From Campylobacterales bacterium (GTDB taxonomy: Bacteria > Campylobacterota > Campylobacteria > Campylobacterales > JALSKU01): 56,085 bases of DNA. The stretch lies in assembly GCA_027065125.1 (NCBI GenBank), contig JAMOOV010000043.1, forward strand, positions 1 through 56,085, read 5' to 3'. The notes below the pieces were generated by a model. The model had not been told where the DNA came from. It saw only the letters and a list, made by a program, of their open reading frames with translations, and did no database searches. The position numbers and the translations under genes were made by a program. Of this stretch, positions 34,633-44,385 are shown piece after piece (the first letter of the stretch is position 1; each line of letters starts with the position of its first letter).

Positions 34633-35651
34633 TAATATTTCTTAAGTATTTTCTTTTTAAATATTGTTATAGATGTAAAAATTGTTAAGGTTGGAACAGT
34701 TATTAGTGCAAATAGAGGGTTTACGGATATTAAAAAATATATTAGTATATAGTATATTAGTATCGTAAGAAATATATATATATAAATATTGCTTTTTTCA
34801 TATCTTGAATTAAATATTCCGAAACTTATAGAGAGCAAAAAAGTTGATATCGGAAAAAGAGAAATCAATATAAAAAAAGCAAAATCTTTTGCCCTCCCTT
34901 TATCTGTAAAAATTTTTTTCCAATAAAGAAAAACACCTTTGCTTGATGATATTTCCATATTTTGATATCTTGTTATACTTAAAGATTTGTAATTGGTTTG
35001 TTTGATATTATTTTTGTATATGCTAAATACTTTTCCATTTTTTAATTTCAATTCAAGGGTGCTATTTTTATTTGAGATATTTGCTTTTTTGGCAAGTATA
35101 AAATTTTCTCTTTTTTTATCCTTTGAATACATTATGACATCTTCAAAACTATTTTGCTTATTGGATTTATTGATAAAAACCAACCAGTTTGAAAATTTTT
35201 GTCCAAACTCCATAGCTTGGATATTTAATTTAGCTTCCGCTTTTTTTACATCTATAAAATTACTGTATAACTGTTTTGATATAGGAACTAAAAATATAGC
35301 ATTCATTAGTAAAAAAGCTGTTATAAACATGGAAATAGTTGTGAAAATCTTAACTACTTTTAGAGGAGAATACCCAAAAGAGAACATAACTGTTATCTCG
35401 TTATCTCTTGACATTTTAACAAATGACATAGCAATAGCTATAAAGAAAACTACAGGAAAAGTATATATAATAATTCGCGGTAGTATATAAAGATAGAGTT
35501 CGCCAAGCTCTAAAAAAGTTATCTTTATGATAGAAGTTATCTTAGCTATTTTTATAAAGTATATGATAGAAACCATAAAAAAAAGTGAGAAAAATATAGG
35601 ATTGAAAGATTCTATAAAATTTTTCAATATATATCTTGTTATTTTATTCAT
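34632..35651 (-). CDS. LptF/LptG-family permease (LPS export)
   Basis: 3+3 TM layout with a central periplasmic beta-jellyroll-like region. Synteny with the Campylobacter membrane protein upstream of truA. Confidence 0.65.
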   Translation of the reverse strand: MNKITRYILKNFIESFNPIFFSLFFMVSIIYFIKIAKITSIIKITFLELGELYLYILPRIIIYTFPVVFFIAIAMSFVKMSRDNEITVMFSFGYSPLKVVKIFTTISMFITAFLLMNAIFLVPISKQLYSNFIDVKKAEAKLNIQAMEFGQKFSNWLVFINKSNKQNSFEDVIMYSKDKKRENFILAKKANISNKNSTLELKLKNGKVFSIYKNNIKQTNYKSLSITRYQNMEISSSKGVFLYWKKIFTDKGRAKDFAFFILISLFPISTFLLSISFGIFNSRYEKSNIYIYIFLTILIYYILIYFLISVNPLFALITVPTLTIFTSITIFKKKILKKY

Positions 35652-36384
35652 ATAGCCAACTTATAAGTTTGATAAAGTAAAAATCAAAAAAATATGTTAT
35701 CATTAAAGATAATGCAAGAAACGGGATAAAAGGTAGTTGTATATCTTTTTTTCCTACGATTAAAAAAACAGGTAATGCTATGACGGCAGATAGAAATATG
35801 CAAAATATACCAAGCTTAATACCAAGCATTGCACCTATGGTTGCCGCTATCATAATGTCGGCTTCTCCCATCGCCTCTTTTTTGGCAAAAAATGATACAT
35901 AAAATCTTAAAAGTGTAAAACCTCCTGCAAACAAAAGAGCATTTGTGAATGAAGTTACTATATCGGTTGTTGCAAAAAGACTAATTGTTAAAGCGGTTAA
36001 ATTTAAACTATCCGGAACGGCTTTGTATCGAAAATCTATAATGGAAAGAGCAAGTAGTATATCAAAAACCAAAGCGACAGCAAAGCCATGTGCCAAATCA
36101 CCAGTTTTTATATAGGAAATTACAAATATAATAGAACTAAATATTTCTACAATAGGATATTGTAAAGATATTTTATCTTTACAATAGTAGCACTTACCTC
36201 TTAAAAATATATACGAAAGAACCGGTATATTGTGCCACCATTTTAATGTTTTTCCACATTTTGTGCAGTGTGATGACGGAAAAACAATACTTTCATCTTT
36301 TGGTATTCTAAGTATGAGGACATTTAAAAATGACCCTATTAAAAGTCCAAGTAGCCCAGATAAATAGAGGTTTATATCTTGCAT
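35644..36384 (-). CDS. Prepilin peptidase (A24 family)
   Basis: 'CTKCGKTLKWWHNIPVLSY...GKCYYCK' zinc motif, multi-TM, 'GEADIMIAATIG'. Confidence 0.8.
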   Translation of the reverse strand: MQDINLYLSGLLGLLIGSFLNVLILRIPKDESIVFPSSHCTKCGKTLKWWHNIPVLSYIFLRGKCYYCKDKISLQYPIVEIFSSIIFVISYIKTGDLAHGFAVALVFDILLALSIIDFRYKAVPDSLNLTALTISLFATTDIVTSFTNALLFAGGFTLLRFYVSFFAKKEAMGEADIMIAATIGAMLGIKLGIFCIFLSAVIALPVFLIVGKKDIQLPFIPFLALSLMITYFFDFYFIKLISWLYE

Positions 36385-37058
36385 TATATTCCGCCAAATC
36401 TTCTTGAAATATTTTTAAATTTTTCTATAATATTGTCAAGTTCGTTTTCTGTAAAATCTGGCCACAAAGTTTTTGTAAAAAATAGTTCGGCATATGCTAT
36501 TTGCCACAATAAAAAGTTTGATATCCTTTGCTCCCCGCCTGTTCTTATGAGCATATCCACAGGTGGCATATCTGATGTATCCAGTAGCTTTTCAAAACTT
36601 TTTTCATCTATATTGTCTATATCTTTAATCTTTTTTATCGCTCTTATTATTTCATCTTTTGAACCGTAGTTTATAGCCAATGTTTGAGTTAGACCATTGC
36701 AACTCGAAGTTTTTTCGATAGTTTTTTCGATAGTTTTTTGGAGTTTTTGACTAAATTTGGAAATATCCCCTATAACATTAAATCTCACATTATTTTCAAG
36801 ATAGGCAACAAGCTCTTTTTTTAGATACGAATCTAAAAGTTTCATTAAAAAATCTACTTCATACTTTGGTCTTTTCCAATTTTCTGTGCTAAAGGCATAT
36901 AAAGTCAGATATTTTAAGCCTATATTTGATGAGTGGATAGTAAGTTTTCTAACTATTTCCGCTCCTTTTTTGTGACCGAAAGTTCTTTTTTGATTTTGCA
37001 ATTTAGCCCATCTGCCATTTCCATCCATGATAATAGCGATATGATTTAATACATTCAA
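36384..37058 (-). CDS. uppS: Undecaprenyl-diphosphate synthase (isoprenyl transferase)
   Basis: 'HIAIIMDGNGRWA', 'FSTENWKRP' and 'IRTGGEQRISNFLLWQ'. Confidence 0.95.
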   Translation of the reverse strand: MNVLNHIAIIMDGNGRWAKLQNQKRTFGHKKGAEIVRKLTIHSSNIGLKYLTLYAFSTENWKRPKYEVDFLMKLLDSYLKKELVAYLENNVRFNVIGDISKFSQKLQKTIEKTIEKTSSCNGLTQTLAINYGSKDEIIRAIKKIKDIDNIDEKSFEKLLDTSDMPPVDMLIRTGGEQRISNFLLWQIAYAELFFTKTLWPDFTENELDNIIEKFKNISRRFGGI

Positions 37059-37060
37059 TT

Positions 37061-37744
37061 TTAACCTTTCAAATCTAAAAAAGAGTCCGATATATCGACT
37101 ATGGGAAATACGGAAGTCGATAGTTTAGGGTTTAAAAAATCCATTTTGATATCATATCGTGTATAAAAAACAATTTCATTCTTTTTGAAAATACCTTTAA
37201 ATGGTCCGTGATTTTTAAATCCTACATAAAATTCTACTATTTTTTCATTTAAATTATCATTTTGTGAGATTTTAAATTGAAAAAAAATCAATTCATTCTT
37301 TGCGGTGATAGGAAAAGAGTATATCTCCTCTTGAGCTAAAACTATAAGTTTTTTTTCAAGATCAACATTGTTACTACTATATCTATCTTTTATAAGTTTT
37401 GCATATATATTTTTTGAAAGATTTTGATCTATAAAGTAAAATAAATCTGTTATTTGCAATTTTAGATATATATGTTTTTGAAGATATAGTGCTTTTGGTT
37501 GTATTGATAAGTTTGATAGAGTTATGATACCGTTTGAATCTTGAGAAATATTGCACCAGTAACGATTGTATGGTTTTAATTCTTTATGGCTTGTGCAAAT
37601 TAATTTTTTGTTTTTGATGGATATTTCATACCTTTTATAATCTATTTTTTTTATTATCAGTATATCTACGACAGGATTGTCTGCAAGAGTTTTATCCTTT
37701 TGCTCTAAAATATGCTCTATAAAATGTTCTAAAAATTTTCTCAT
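37061..37744 (-). CDS. Conserved hypothetical protein (227 aa) embedded between coaBC and uppS
   Basis: Translationally coupled ORF (ATGA overlap with coaBC). I recognise no motif. It occupies the position of the hypothetical gene between dfp and uppS in C. jejuni, as I recall. Confidence 0.5.
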   Translation of the reverse strand: MRKFLEHFIEHILEQKDKTLADNPVVDILIIKKIDYKRYEISIKNKKLICTSHKELKPYNRYWCNISQDSNGIITLSNLSIQPKALYLQKHIYLKLQITDLFYFIDQNLSKNIYAKLIKDRYSSNNVDLEKKLIVLAQEEIYSFPITAKNELIFFQFKISQNDNLNEKIVEFYVGFKNHGPFKGIFKKNEIVFYTRYDIKMDFLNPKLSTSVFPIVDISDSFLDLKG

Positions 37745-38997
37745 ATTTCCAAAAAATTCAATATATTTAGAGCCACATTTAATTTTGTATCTTTTTTGAT
37801 GGTTTGAGTGTAATTTTTATCTATAAAATGTATTTCATTAAAATCAGTTCCAAAGTCATTATCTTTACTTATTATGTTAAGACAAACAGCATCTAGATTT
37901 TTCTTTATTAATATTTTTTTTGCATTTTCCATAGCTGATTTTTCATCTGTTTCTGCTTTAAATCCGATTTTAAAAATCCCATCATTTGATATGTTCGATA
38001 AAATATCTATATTTTTTCTTAATTCAAGGGTAAAAGTTTCTCCAATTTCCTCTTTTTTTATCTTCCCTTGTTTTACATTTTTCGGGATAAAATCACTAAC
38101 TGCTGCCACCATAAATAGATATGGCTTTTTCTTTATGATTTTTGGTGCTTCGGTATCATTTATATCTATTTTTGTCATGACACCTTTTTTTGCTACTTCT
38201 ATAGATTTTTGAATGTATAAAAACATATCTTTTGTACTTTGAGTTTCGATTTTATATATATCGTTTGGTAAATTAGACATGTTCTTGGTGCTTATCAAAC
38301 AAACATCACAACCCTTTAGATATAGTGCCAAAGCTACGGCATTTGCCATTTTGCCACTAGAAAAATTAGAAATGTATCTAATATCATCGATTTTTTCTAT
38401 TGTTCCGCCACCGCTAACTACAACTCTTCTATTGTGCCAATAGTCATTTTTTAATAGTTCTCTGGCACTTTGATAAAATATTTCAAGAGGTTCTGCCATG
38501 GCTCCAATACCTTCATCATTGCAAGCAAGAAGCTTTTTTTGAGGCTCCACAATAGTGTGTCCAAAAACTTTGAGTTTTTTTAGAGTTGCCGTTGTGTTTG
38601 GATTTAGATACATTTTTGTATTGGCAGACGGTGCTATGATGAGAGTTTTATCGTAAGCTAAGATAGTTTCAAGAAGTAGATTGTCGGCTATTCCGGCTCC
38701 TATTTTGTTTATAGTATTGGCAGTAGCGGGAGCTATTACAAAAATATTCGCCCATTTTGCCAATCCTATATGATTGTTATCATTTGCCCAACTTTCACTC
38801 TCTTTGTGCAATACAATATTTTGGCTTATTGCTTCAAAAGTTAAAGGTGTTATAAACTCTTTTGCACTTTCGCTCATAATAACTCTGACTTTTGCTCCTG
38901 ATTTTATAAATAGTCTTATAAGTTCAAGAGATTTGTATATGGCTATACTACCGGTAATGCCTACTACAATTTTTTTATCTGTTAATAACCCGTCCAT
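37741..38997 (-). CDS. coaBC: Bifunctional phosphopantothenoylcysteine decarboxylase/synthetase
   Basis: Flavoprotein N-terminal domain 'VGITGSIAIYK', 'APATANTINK'. C-terminal 'SGGGT.E.ID..R.ISN.SSGKM'. Confidence 0.95.
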   Translation of the reverse strand: MDGLLTDKKIVVGITGSIAIYKSLELIRLFIKSGAKVRVIMSESAKEFITPLTFEAISQNIVLHKESESWANDNNHIGLAKWANIFVIAPATANTINKIGAGIADNLLLETILAYDKTLIIAPSANTKMYLNPNTTATLKKLKVFGHTIVEPQKKLLACNDEGIGAMAEPLEIFYQSARELLKNDYWHNRRVVVSGGGTIEKIDDIRYISNFSSGKMANAVALALYLKGCDVCLISTKNMSNLPNDIYKIETQSTKDMFLYIQKSIEVAKKGVMTKIDINDTEAPKIIKKKPYLFMVAAVSDFIPKNVKQGKIKKEEIGETFTLELRKNIDILSNISNDGIFKIGFKAETDEKSAMENAKKILIKKNLDAVCLNIISKDNDFGTDFNEIHFIDKNYTQTIKKDTKLNVALNILNFLEI

Positions 38998-40292
38998 TAT
39001 TTTTTTCCAAAAAATTTATAAAAGAAGTTTTCGATAAATTTCAAAGGTGATCTGCTTATGGCAAGTGAACCTTTTTTTATATCTTTGGTTACTGTTGTTC
39101 CTGCCGCTATCATAACATCATCTTCTATGGTAACAGGTGCAACTATTTGTGTATCACTACCTATAAAAACATTTTTTCCGATAGTTGTTTTGTACTTTTT
39201 TTTACCATCATAATTGCAAGTTATGGTTCCTGCTCCCACATTTGTACCTTCGTCTATAAAACTATCTCCGAGATAGCTTAAATGTCCGGCTTTTACTCCT
39301 TTTAGAGTAGATTTTTTTATCTCCGTAAAGTTTCCTATATGACTATCTTGTATATCGGATTTTGGTCTTATTCTTGCTATTGGACCTATTGATGAATTTA
39401 TGATGGTGCTGTCTTCGATAATACAATGAGCTTTTATATGAGAATTTTTTATAAGAGAATTGCCATATATACAAACTCCGTTTTCTATCGCACACTCTCC
39501 CTCAAATTTAACACTTTTTTCTATATATGTAGTTTTTGGCAATCTAAAATATATCCCTTGCATCATTAACTCTTTTTTAATTCTATCTTGCATAATATCT
39601 TCGGCACAAGAGAGATCAAATTTAGAATTTACACCTTTAAAATTTTCTTCATTTACAAAAATAGGTTTAATTTTTTTGCCGTCTAATTTTGCCATTTCTA
39701 CCGTATCTGTGAGATAATACTCTTTTGATTTATTGTTATTTGAAAGCATGGGTATATATTTATCTAAAATATCTTTTGAAAAAAGATAAACACCTGCATT
39801 GACATTATTGATATTAAGTTCACTTTGTGTCGCATCTTTTTCTTCAACTATTTTAACCACTTCATTATCTTCTATAACAACTCTGCCATAACCTTTTGGG
39901 TTATTGAGTTTTATGATGCTCATTACTATATCAGCATCAATATTGAAAAATTTTTCCAATTCTTTTGAATCGATTAATGGCATATCTCCATTTAGCACGA
40001 GTATTTTATCTTTAGTAAAATTGATATTTTTTAAAGCTCCTCCGGTACCCGGAAAATTTTCTACATCTTGTATAACATATTCTATATCTGAAAAATATTT
40101 ATCCATCTCTTTTTTTATCATTTCATGTTTATGGTAGAGTACAACTTTAACATCATTGCTTATCTTTCTTGCTTCTTTTATAGAGTAGTACAGCATGGCA
40201 TAGCCACTTATCTTATGTAGCACTTTTGGAGTTTTTGATTTCATTCTTGTGCCAAAACCTGCTGATAGTATAATGATTGAGATATTATTCAT
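38997..40292 (-). CDS. glmU: Bifunctional GlcNAc-1-P uridyltransferase / GlcN-1-P acetyltransferase
   Basis: '[18 protein letters not shown]' and C-terminal left-handed beta-helix hexapeptide repeats. Confidence 0.95.
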   Translation of the reverse strand: MNNISIIILSAGFGTRMKSKTPKVLHKISGYAMLYYSIKEARKISNDVKVVLYHKHEMIKKEMDKYFSDIEYVIQDVENFPGTGGALKNINFTKDKILVLNGDMPLIDSKELEKFFNIDADIVMSIIKLNNPKGYGRVVIEDNEVVKIVEEKDATQSELNINNVNAGVYLFSKDILDKYIPMLSNNNKSKEYYLTDTVEMAKLDGKKIKPIFVNEENFKGVNSKFDLSCAEDIMQDRIKKELMMQGIYFRLPKTTYIEKSVKFEGECAIENGVCIYGNSLIKNSHIKAHCIIEDSTIINSSIGPIARIRPKSDIQDSHIGNFTEIKKSTLKGVKAGHLSYLGDSFIDEGTNVGAGTITCNYDGKKKYKTTIGKNVFIGSDTQIVAPVTIEDDVMIAAGTTVTKDIKKGSLAISRSPLKFIENFFYKFFGKK

Positions 40293-40451
40293 AATTTTAT
40301 TGTCCTATTTTTTTAACGAATTTTAACAAAATTTTTATTAAAAGTTTATCTAATTTGATAAATTGTCGATATATGAAGTAATTTAATTAAGTTTTAACTG
40401 AAATATTAATAAAATAAGCATTAATAATTCCATCAAGAGAGGTATATTTAT

Positions 40452-41219
40452 ATGGATTTAGGAACCGTTATTGGTTTAGTACTTACCTTGGCATTGCTTT
40501 TTGGTGCTATGGCTATGGGTGTTGGATTGGGACCATATATTGATGTTCCCTCAATTCTTATAGTTTTTGGTGGAACGACCGGTGTCTTAATGATAGGTTT
40601 TAAGATGGAGCAAATCAAAGCTGCCGGAAAAGTTTTTAAGATAGCTATCAAGCCACCTCAAATAGATCTTCAAGAAGTTATTAAAAAAATGGTTGAATAC
40701 TCTACTAAAGCTAGAAAAGATGGCATACTTGCACTTGAAGAGAGTGCCAATAAAGAGGAAAATGAATTTTTAAAAAAAGGTCTTTCGATGGCGGTTGACG
40801 GTAATGAACCAGATACTATAAGAGAACTGCTTGAGATAGATATGGAACAAGCAAGTGGAAGACATAAGTCAAATGCATCTTTATTTGATCAGATAGCCGG
40901 TTTTGCCGGAGCTATGGGAATGATAGGTACTCTTATAGGATTGGTTGCGATGCTTTTGAACATGAGCGATCCTTCTGCTATCGGTCCCGCTATGGCGGTT
41001 GCTTTGTTGACTACGATGTATGGAGCTATGCTTGGAAATATAGTAGGTGCTCCGGTAGCAAATATTTTGCTTATCAGGGATAATGATGAAATTTTACTGA
41101 AGACTTTGATAATAGAGGGCATTATGTCCATACAGGCTGGTGATAACCCGAGAAATCTTGAGGCTAAATTGTTGGCATTCTTGCCTCCAAAAGATAGAGT
41201 TTCTCAATTTGATTCATAA
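40452..41219 (+). CDS. motA: Flagellar stator protein MotA/PomA
   Basis: 'GAMGMIGTLIGLVAMLLNMSDPSAIGPAMAVALLTTMYGA' is near-identical in pattern to the PomA/MotA TM3-TM4 region. Confidence 0.9.
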   Translation: MDLGTVIGLVLTLALLFGAMAMGVGLGPYIDVPSILIVFGGTTGVLMIGFKMEQIKAAGKVFKIAIKPPQIDLQEVIKKMVEYSTKARKDGILALEESANKEENEFLKKGLSMAVDGNEPDTIRELLEIDMEQASGRHKSNASLFDQIAGFAGAMGMIGTLIGLVAMLLNMSDPSAIGPAMAVALLTTMYGAMLGNIVGAPVANILLIRDNDEILLKTLIIEGIMSIQAGDNPRNLEAKLLAFLPPKDRVSQFDS

Positions 41220-41234
41220 TACAAGGTAGCAATA

Positions 41235-42032
41235 ATGGGAAAAAAATGTCCTGAGTGTGATTGTCCTAAGTGTTTGCCCGGATGGTTGGCTGCATTTGGC
41301 GATCTTATGTCTCTACTTCTAACCTTTTTCGTTTTGCTCCTTTCTATGTCAAGCATGGATGCAAAGAAAATTCAAGAGGCCGTAGGCTCTCTTGCCGGAG
41401 CTTTGAGTGTACTTGAAGGCGGAACAAGAATGGAGTTAAGCAGAGAAAAGGTAGAGCTTTCAACAACTCAAAAGTTAAAACTAAATAAAAGCAAGTCTGA
41501 CGAATCTTCTACTATGAAACAGCTTGGTCAAGTTGTTAGCGAAGTAAATGAAATGCTAAAAAGCACAGGAAGTCCGAATATAATTCTTGAAGAGGCGGAA
41601 AAAGGTTTTTTTCTTAGACTTCCATCATCTTTGTTGTTTGCCCCTGGTGATGCGAGGATTGTCAATGATGATGCTATTTTGTTTTTAAAGAGGATAGCTC
41701 TTATCATAAAAAAGCTTTCTAAAGATGTTACTATTAATGCCATTGGATATACAGACAACATTCCTCCTCCTGTAAATAGCCCCTACAAAGATAACTGGGA
41801 ACTTTCAAGTGCCAGAGGTGTTGCCGTGGTTAAAGAGCTTATAAAAGATGGAGTTGATCCAAAAAGACTTATGTCTTCAGGAAAGGCACAATTCAATCCT
41901 GTTGCATCCAATGCGACTCCTGAAGGTAGAGCAAAAAATAGAAGAGTTGAATTATATTTTTTCTCAACAGGTTCGAATGGGCGAAATAAAGCTCAAAAAA
42001 GCATACTTGATATTAAAAAAAGTAATAAATAG
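41235..42032 (+). CDS. motB: Flagellar stator protein MotB/PomB (OmpA-like C-terminus)
   Basis: 'GWLAAFGDLMSLLLTFFVLLLSMSSMD' (conserved Asp) and a C-terminal OmpA-like 'NWELSSARGVAV...NRRVELYF'. Confidence 0.9.
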   Translation: MGKKCPECDCPKCLPGWLAAFGDLMSLLLTFFVLLLSMSSMDAKKIQEAVGSLAGALSVLEGGTRMELSREKVELSTTQKLKLNKSKSDESSTMKQLGQVVSEVNEMLKSTGSPNIILEEAEKGFFLRLPSSLLFAPGDARIVNDDAILFLKRIALIIKKLSKDVTINAIGYTDNIPPPVNSPYKDNWELSSARGVAVVKELIKDGVDPKRLMSSGKAQFNPVASNATPEGRAKNRRVELYFFSTGSNGRNKAQKSILDIKKSNK

Positions 42033-42766
42033 TGAAAAAAATATTTTTTCTTCTTATTTTATCTATTTCAATGTTTGCAGCAAATACAGTTACTGTCCCA
42101 ACAGTCAATCTATCCCTATCAGCACCAAATTCTCCACAGCAATTAGTAACAAGTTTAAATGTTTTAGTCGTTTTAACTATTTTGGTGTTGGCTCCGAGTC
42201 TTGTAATGGTTATGACAAGTTTTGTGAGGCTTGTTGTGGTTTTTTCATTTTTAAGACAAGCCCTTGGTACTCAGCAGATGCCTCCATCACAATTACTGGT
42301 CTCTTTGGCAATGATTTTGACATTTTTTATTATGCAACCTGTAGGAGAGAAGGCTTATGATACCGGCATAAAGCCCTATATTCAAAAAGAGATAAGTTAT
42401 CAAGAGGCTTTTACAAAAACAGTAGAACCTTTTAAAGCTTTTATGATACGAAATACAAGAGAAAAAGATCTTGCTCTTTTTTTTAGGATAAGAAAATTAA
42501 AAAATCCGAAAAATATACAAGATGTTCCTTTGTTGGTTGTTATACCGGCTTTCATGATAAGTGAGTTGAAAACTGCTTTTGAGATAGGATTTCTTATCTA
42601 TATGCCATTTCTTGTTATTGATATGGTGGTAAGTTCTGTTTTAATGAGTATGGGTATGATGATGTTGCCTCCTGTTATGATATCCATGCCTTTTAAGTTG
42701 CTTATTTTTGTACTTGTTGATGGTTGGCATCTTCTTGTTAGCAATCTTGTATCAAGTTTTCATTAA
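42032..42766 (+). CDS. fliP: Flagellar type III export protein FliP
   Basis: GTG start overlapping the motB stop. 'MTSFVRLVVVFSFLRQALGTQQMPP' and 'AFEIGFLIYMPFLVIDMVVSSVLMSMGMMMLPP'. Confidence 0.95.
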   Translation: MKKIFFLLILSISMFAANTVTVPTVNLSLSAPNSPQQLVTSLNVLVVLTILVLAPSLVMVMTSFVRLVVVFSFLRQALGTQQMPPSQLLVSLAMILTFFIMQPVGEKAYDTGIKPYIQKEISYQEAFTKTVEPFKAFMIRNTREKDLALFFRIRKLKNPKNIQDVPLLVVIPAFMISELKTAFEIGFLIYMPFLVIDMVVSSVLMSMGMMMLPPVMISMPFKLLIFVLVDGWHLLVSNLVSSFH

Positions 42767-42777
42767 AGTTTTGTGCT

Positions 42778-43884
42778 GTGAAATGTAAAAGTTTTGGAAA
42801 GTGCGGTAGTTGCACTCTTTACGATATAAGTTATCAGAAACAGATAGATAAAAAATCCTCATATATTAAAAATGAGTTTTGTCAATTTTACGATAAAGAG
42901 ATTGATTTTTATGAGTCAAGTTCTACACATTTTAGAAATAGAGCCGAATTTAGAATTTGGCACGACAAAGAGCAAATATCATATGCCATGAATGGTTTTA
43001 ATAAAAAAGATATTGTTAAGATAAATAGCTGTCAGATTGTCGAAAAAAAGATACAAGATATGATGGGTGATATCTTGGAATACATTCAAAGCAATCAGAT
43101 TCTTAAAAACAGACTTTTTACTATAGAGTATATTTCGGGAGAAGAGTTGCTGGTAACTTTGATATACCATAGAAAGATAGATAAAATCTGGGAAGAAGAA
43201 GCCGGAAAGTTAGAGAAAAAATTTTCCATTTTTATTATAGGTAGAAGTAGGGGTGTTAGGAAAGTTTTAACAAAAGATTTTGTATATCAAAATCTATCGG
43301 TACTTGGAAAGAGATATAGATATAAGGTTTATGAAAACTCTTTTTTGCAACCAAATACCAAAGTAAATGAAAAGATGATAAGTTGGGCAAAAAAGTACTC
43401 TAAGGACTTTGGAGGAGATATGCTTGAGCTTTATTGTGGACATGGCAATTTCACAATACCGCTGAGTGAAAATTTTAAGAAAGTTCTTGCTACGGAAATA
43501 TCGAAAAAGTCAATCAAATCGGCAAAAGAGAATTGTATCATAAACGATATAGACAATATTTTCTTTGCAAGACTTTCAGCCGAAGAATTTACCTCCGCTC
43601 TCAATAAAGAAAGAGAGTTTAAAAGACTTAAAGATGTTAATCTTGATAGCTATGATTTTTCTACTATATTTATAGATCCTCCAAGAGCCGGAGTGGATAA
43701 AAAAAGCCTCTCTTTAGTTTCTGTATTTGATAATATCATTTATATATCGTGCAACCCTGAAACTCTAAAAAGAGATTTGCAGGAGCTTTGTAAAACCCAT
43801 AGAGTTGTAAGGTTTGCAGTCTTTGATCAATTCGCATACACAAACCACTTGGAGTGTGGGGTCGTATTGAGAAAAACTCTTTAA
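42778..43884 (+). CDS. trmA: tRNA/rRNA (uracil-C5)-methyltransferase, TrmA/RlmD family
   Basis: GTG start. Contains 'FLQPN', 'LELYCGHGNFT', 'IFIDPPRAG' and 'YISCNP'. The N-terminal Cys cluster 'CKSFGKCGSC' suggests an Fe-S site. Confidence 0.7.
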   Translation: MKCKSFGKCGSCTLYDISYQKQIDKKSSYIKNEFCQFYDKEIDFYESSSTHFRNRAEFRIWHDKEQISYAMNGFNKKDIVKINSCQIVEKKIQDMMGDILEYIQSNQILKNRLFTIEYISGEELLVTLIYHRKIDKIWEEEAGKLEKKFSIFIIGRSRGVRKVLTKDFVYQNLSVLGKRYRYKVYENSFLQPNTKVNEKMISWAKKYSKDFGGDMLELYCGHGNFTIPLSENFKKVLATEISKKSIKSAKENCIINDIDNIFFARLSAEEFTSALNKEREFKRLKDVNLDSYDFSTIFIDPPRAGVDKKSLSLVSVFDNIIYISCNPETLKRDLQELCKTHRVVRFAVFDQFAYTNHLECGVVLRKTL

Positions 43885-43904
43885 CCATAATATTTGCTTT
43901 TTTT

Positions 43905-43913
43905 TGATATAAT
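43905..43913 (+). promoter_or_regulatory. Extended -10 promoter TGATATAAT upstream of the CoA-binding protein/ilvA genes
   Basis: Exact TGnTATAAT, 30 nt upstream of the ATG at 43943. RBS is AAGGAAAAG. Confidence 0.45.
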
Positions 43914-43942
43914 CTGTGTTTAAAATTATTTAAGGAAAAGTT

Positions 43943-44377
43943 ATGGAGTGCGAATTTCCAACTGTCAATGTAAAAAGTGACGAGATAAGAGAAATATTTG
44001 AGGAGGTAAAAAGTATAGCTGTTATAGGTTTATCGCCTAAGCCTGAAAAGGATAGCCATATGGTTGCCAAATATCTACAATCTGTTGGATACAAGATATA
44101 TCCCGTATATCCGAAAGAGGAAACAATTCTTGGTGAAAAAGTATATAGAAGTTTAAGTGATATAAAAGAGAGAGTTGATATGGTAGATATGTTTAGAAAA
44201 CCTTCTATTGCAAATCAAATTGTAGATGAGATAGAAAAAAGAGATGATGTAAAAGTTTTATGGTTGCAGAAGGGCATTGTAAACAATAGTGCGGCAAATA
44301 GAGCTAAAAAGTTGGGACTGAAAGTTGTTCAAAATAAATGCTCTATGGTAGAACATAAAATGAATTTTGAGGATTAA
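43943..44377 (+). CDS. CoA-binding domain protein (YccU/YneT-like)
   Basis: 'IAVIGLSPKPEKDSHMV..YL...GYKIYPVYPK' is typical of the CoA_binding_2 family. Confidence 0.8.
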   Translation: MECEFPTVNVKSDEIREIFEEVKSIAVIGLSPKPEKDSHMVAKYLQSVGYKIYPVYPKEETILGEKVYRSLSDIKERVDMVDMFRKPSIANQIVDEIEKRDDVKVLWLQKGIVNNSAANRAKKLGLKVVQNKCSMVEHKMNFED

Positions 44378-44385
44378 GGAAAGAG

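Noticed and set aside
36708-36739. 12-nt tandem repeat (AGTTTTTTCGAT x2 plus a partial third copy) inside uppS
   Set aside because: It is in frame, encodes 'KTIEKTIEKT' in a variable surface region, and has only two full copies. It is most likely a neutral duplication rather than a regulatory or phase-variable repeat.
40339-40372. Possible sigma-28 promoter upstream of motA (TAAAAGTTT ... GTCGATAT)
   Set aside because: Both half-sites look good, but the spacer is 17 nt instead of about 11. I could not find a TAAA at the right distance from the CGATAT box. It may still be a -10-only promoter, but it is not supportable as a canonical FliA site.
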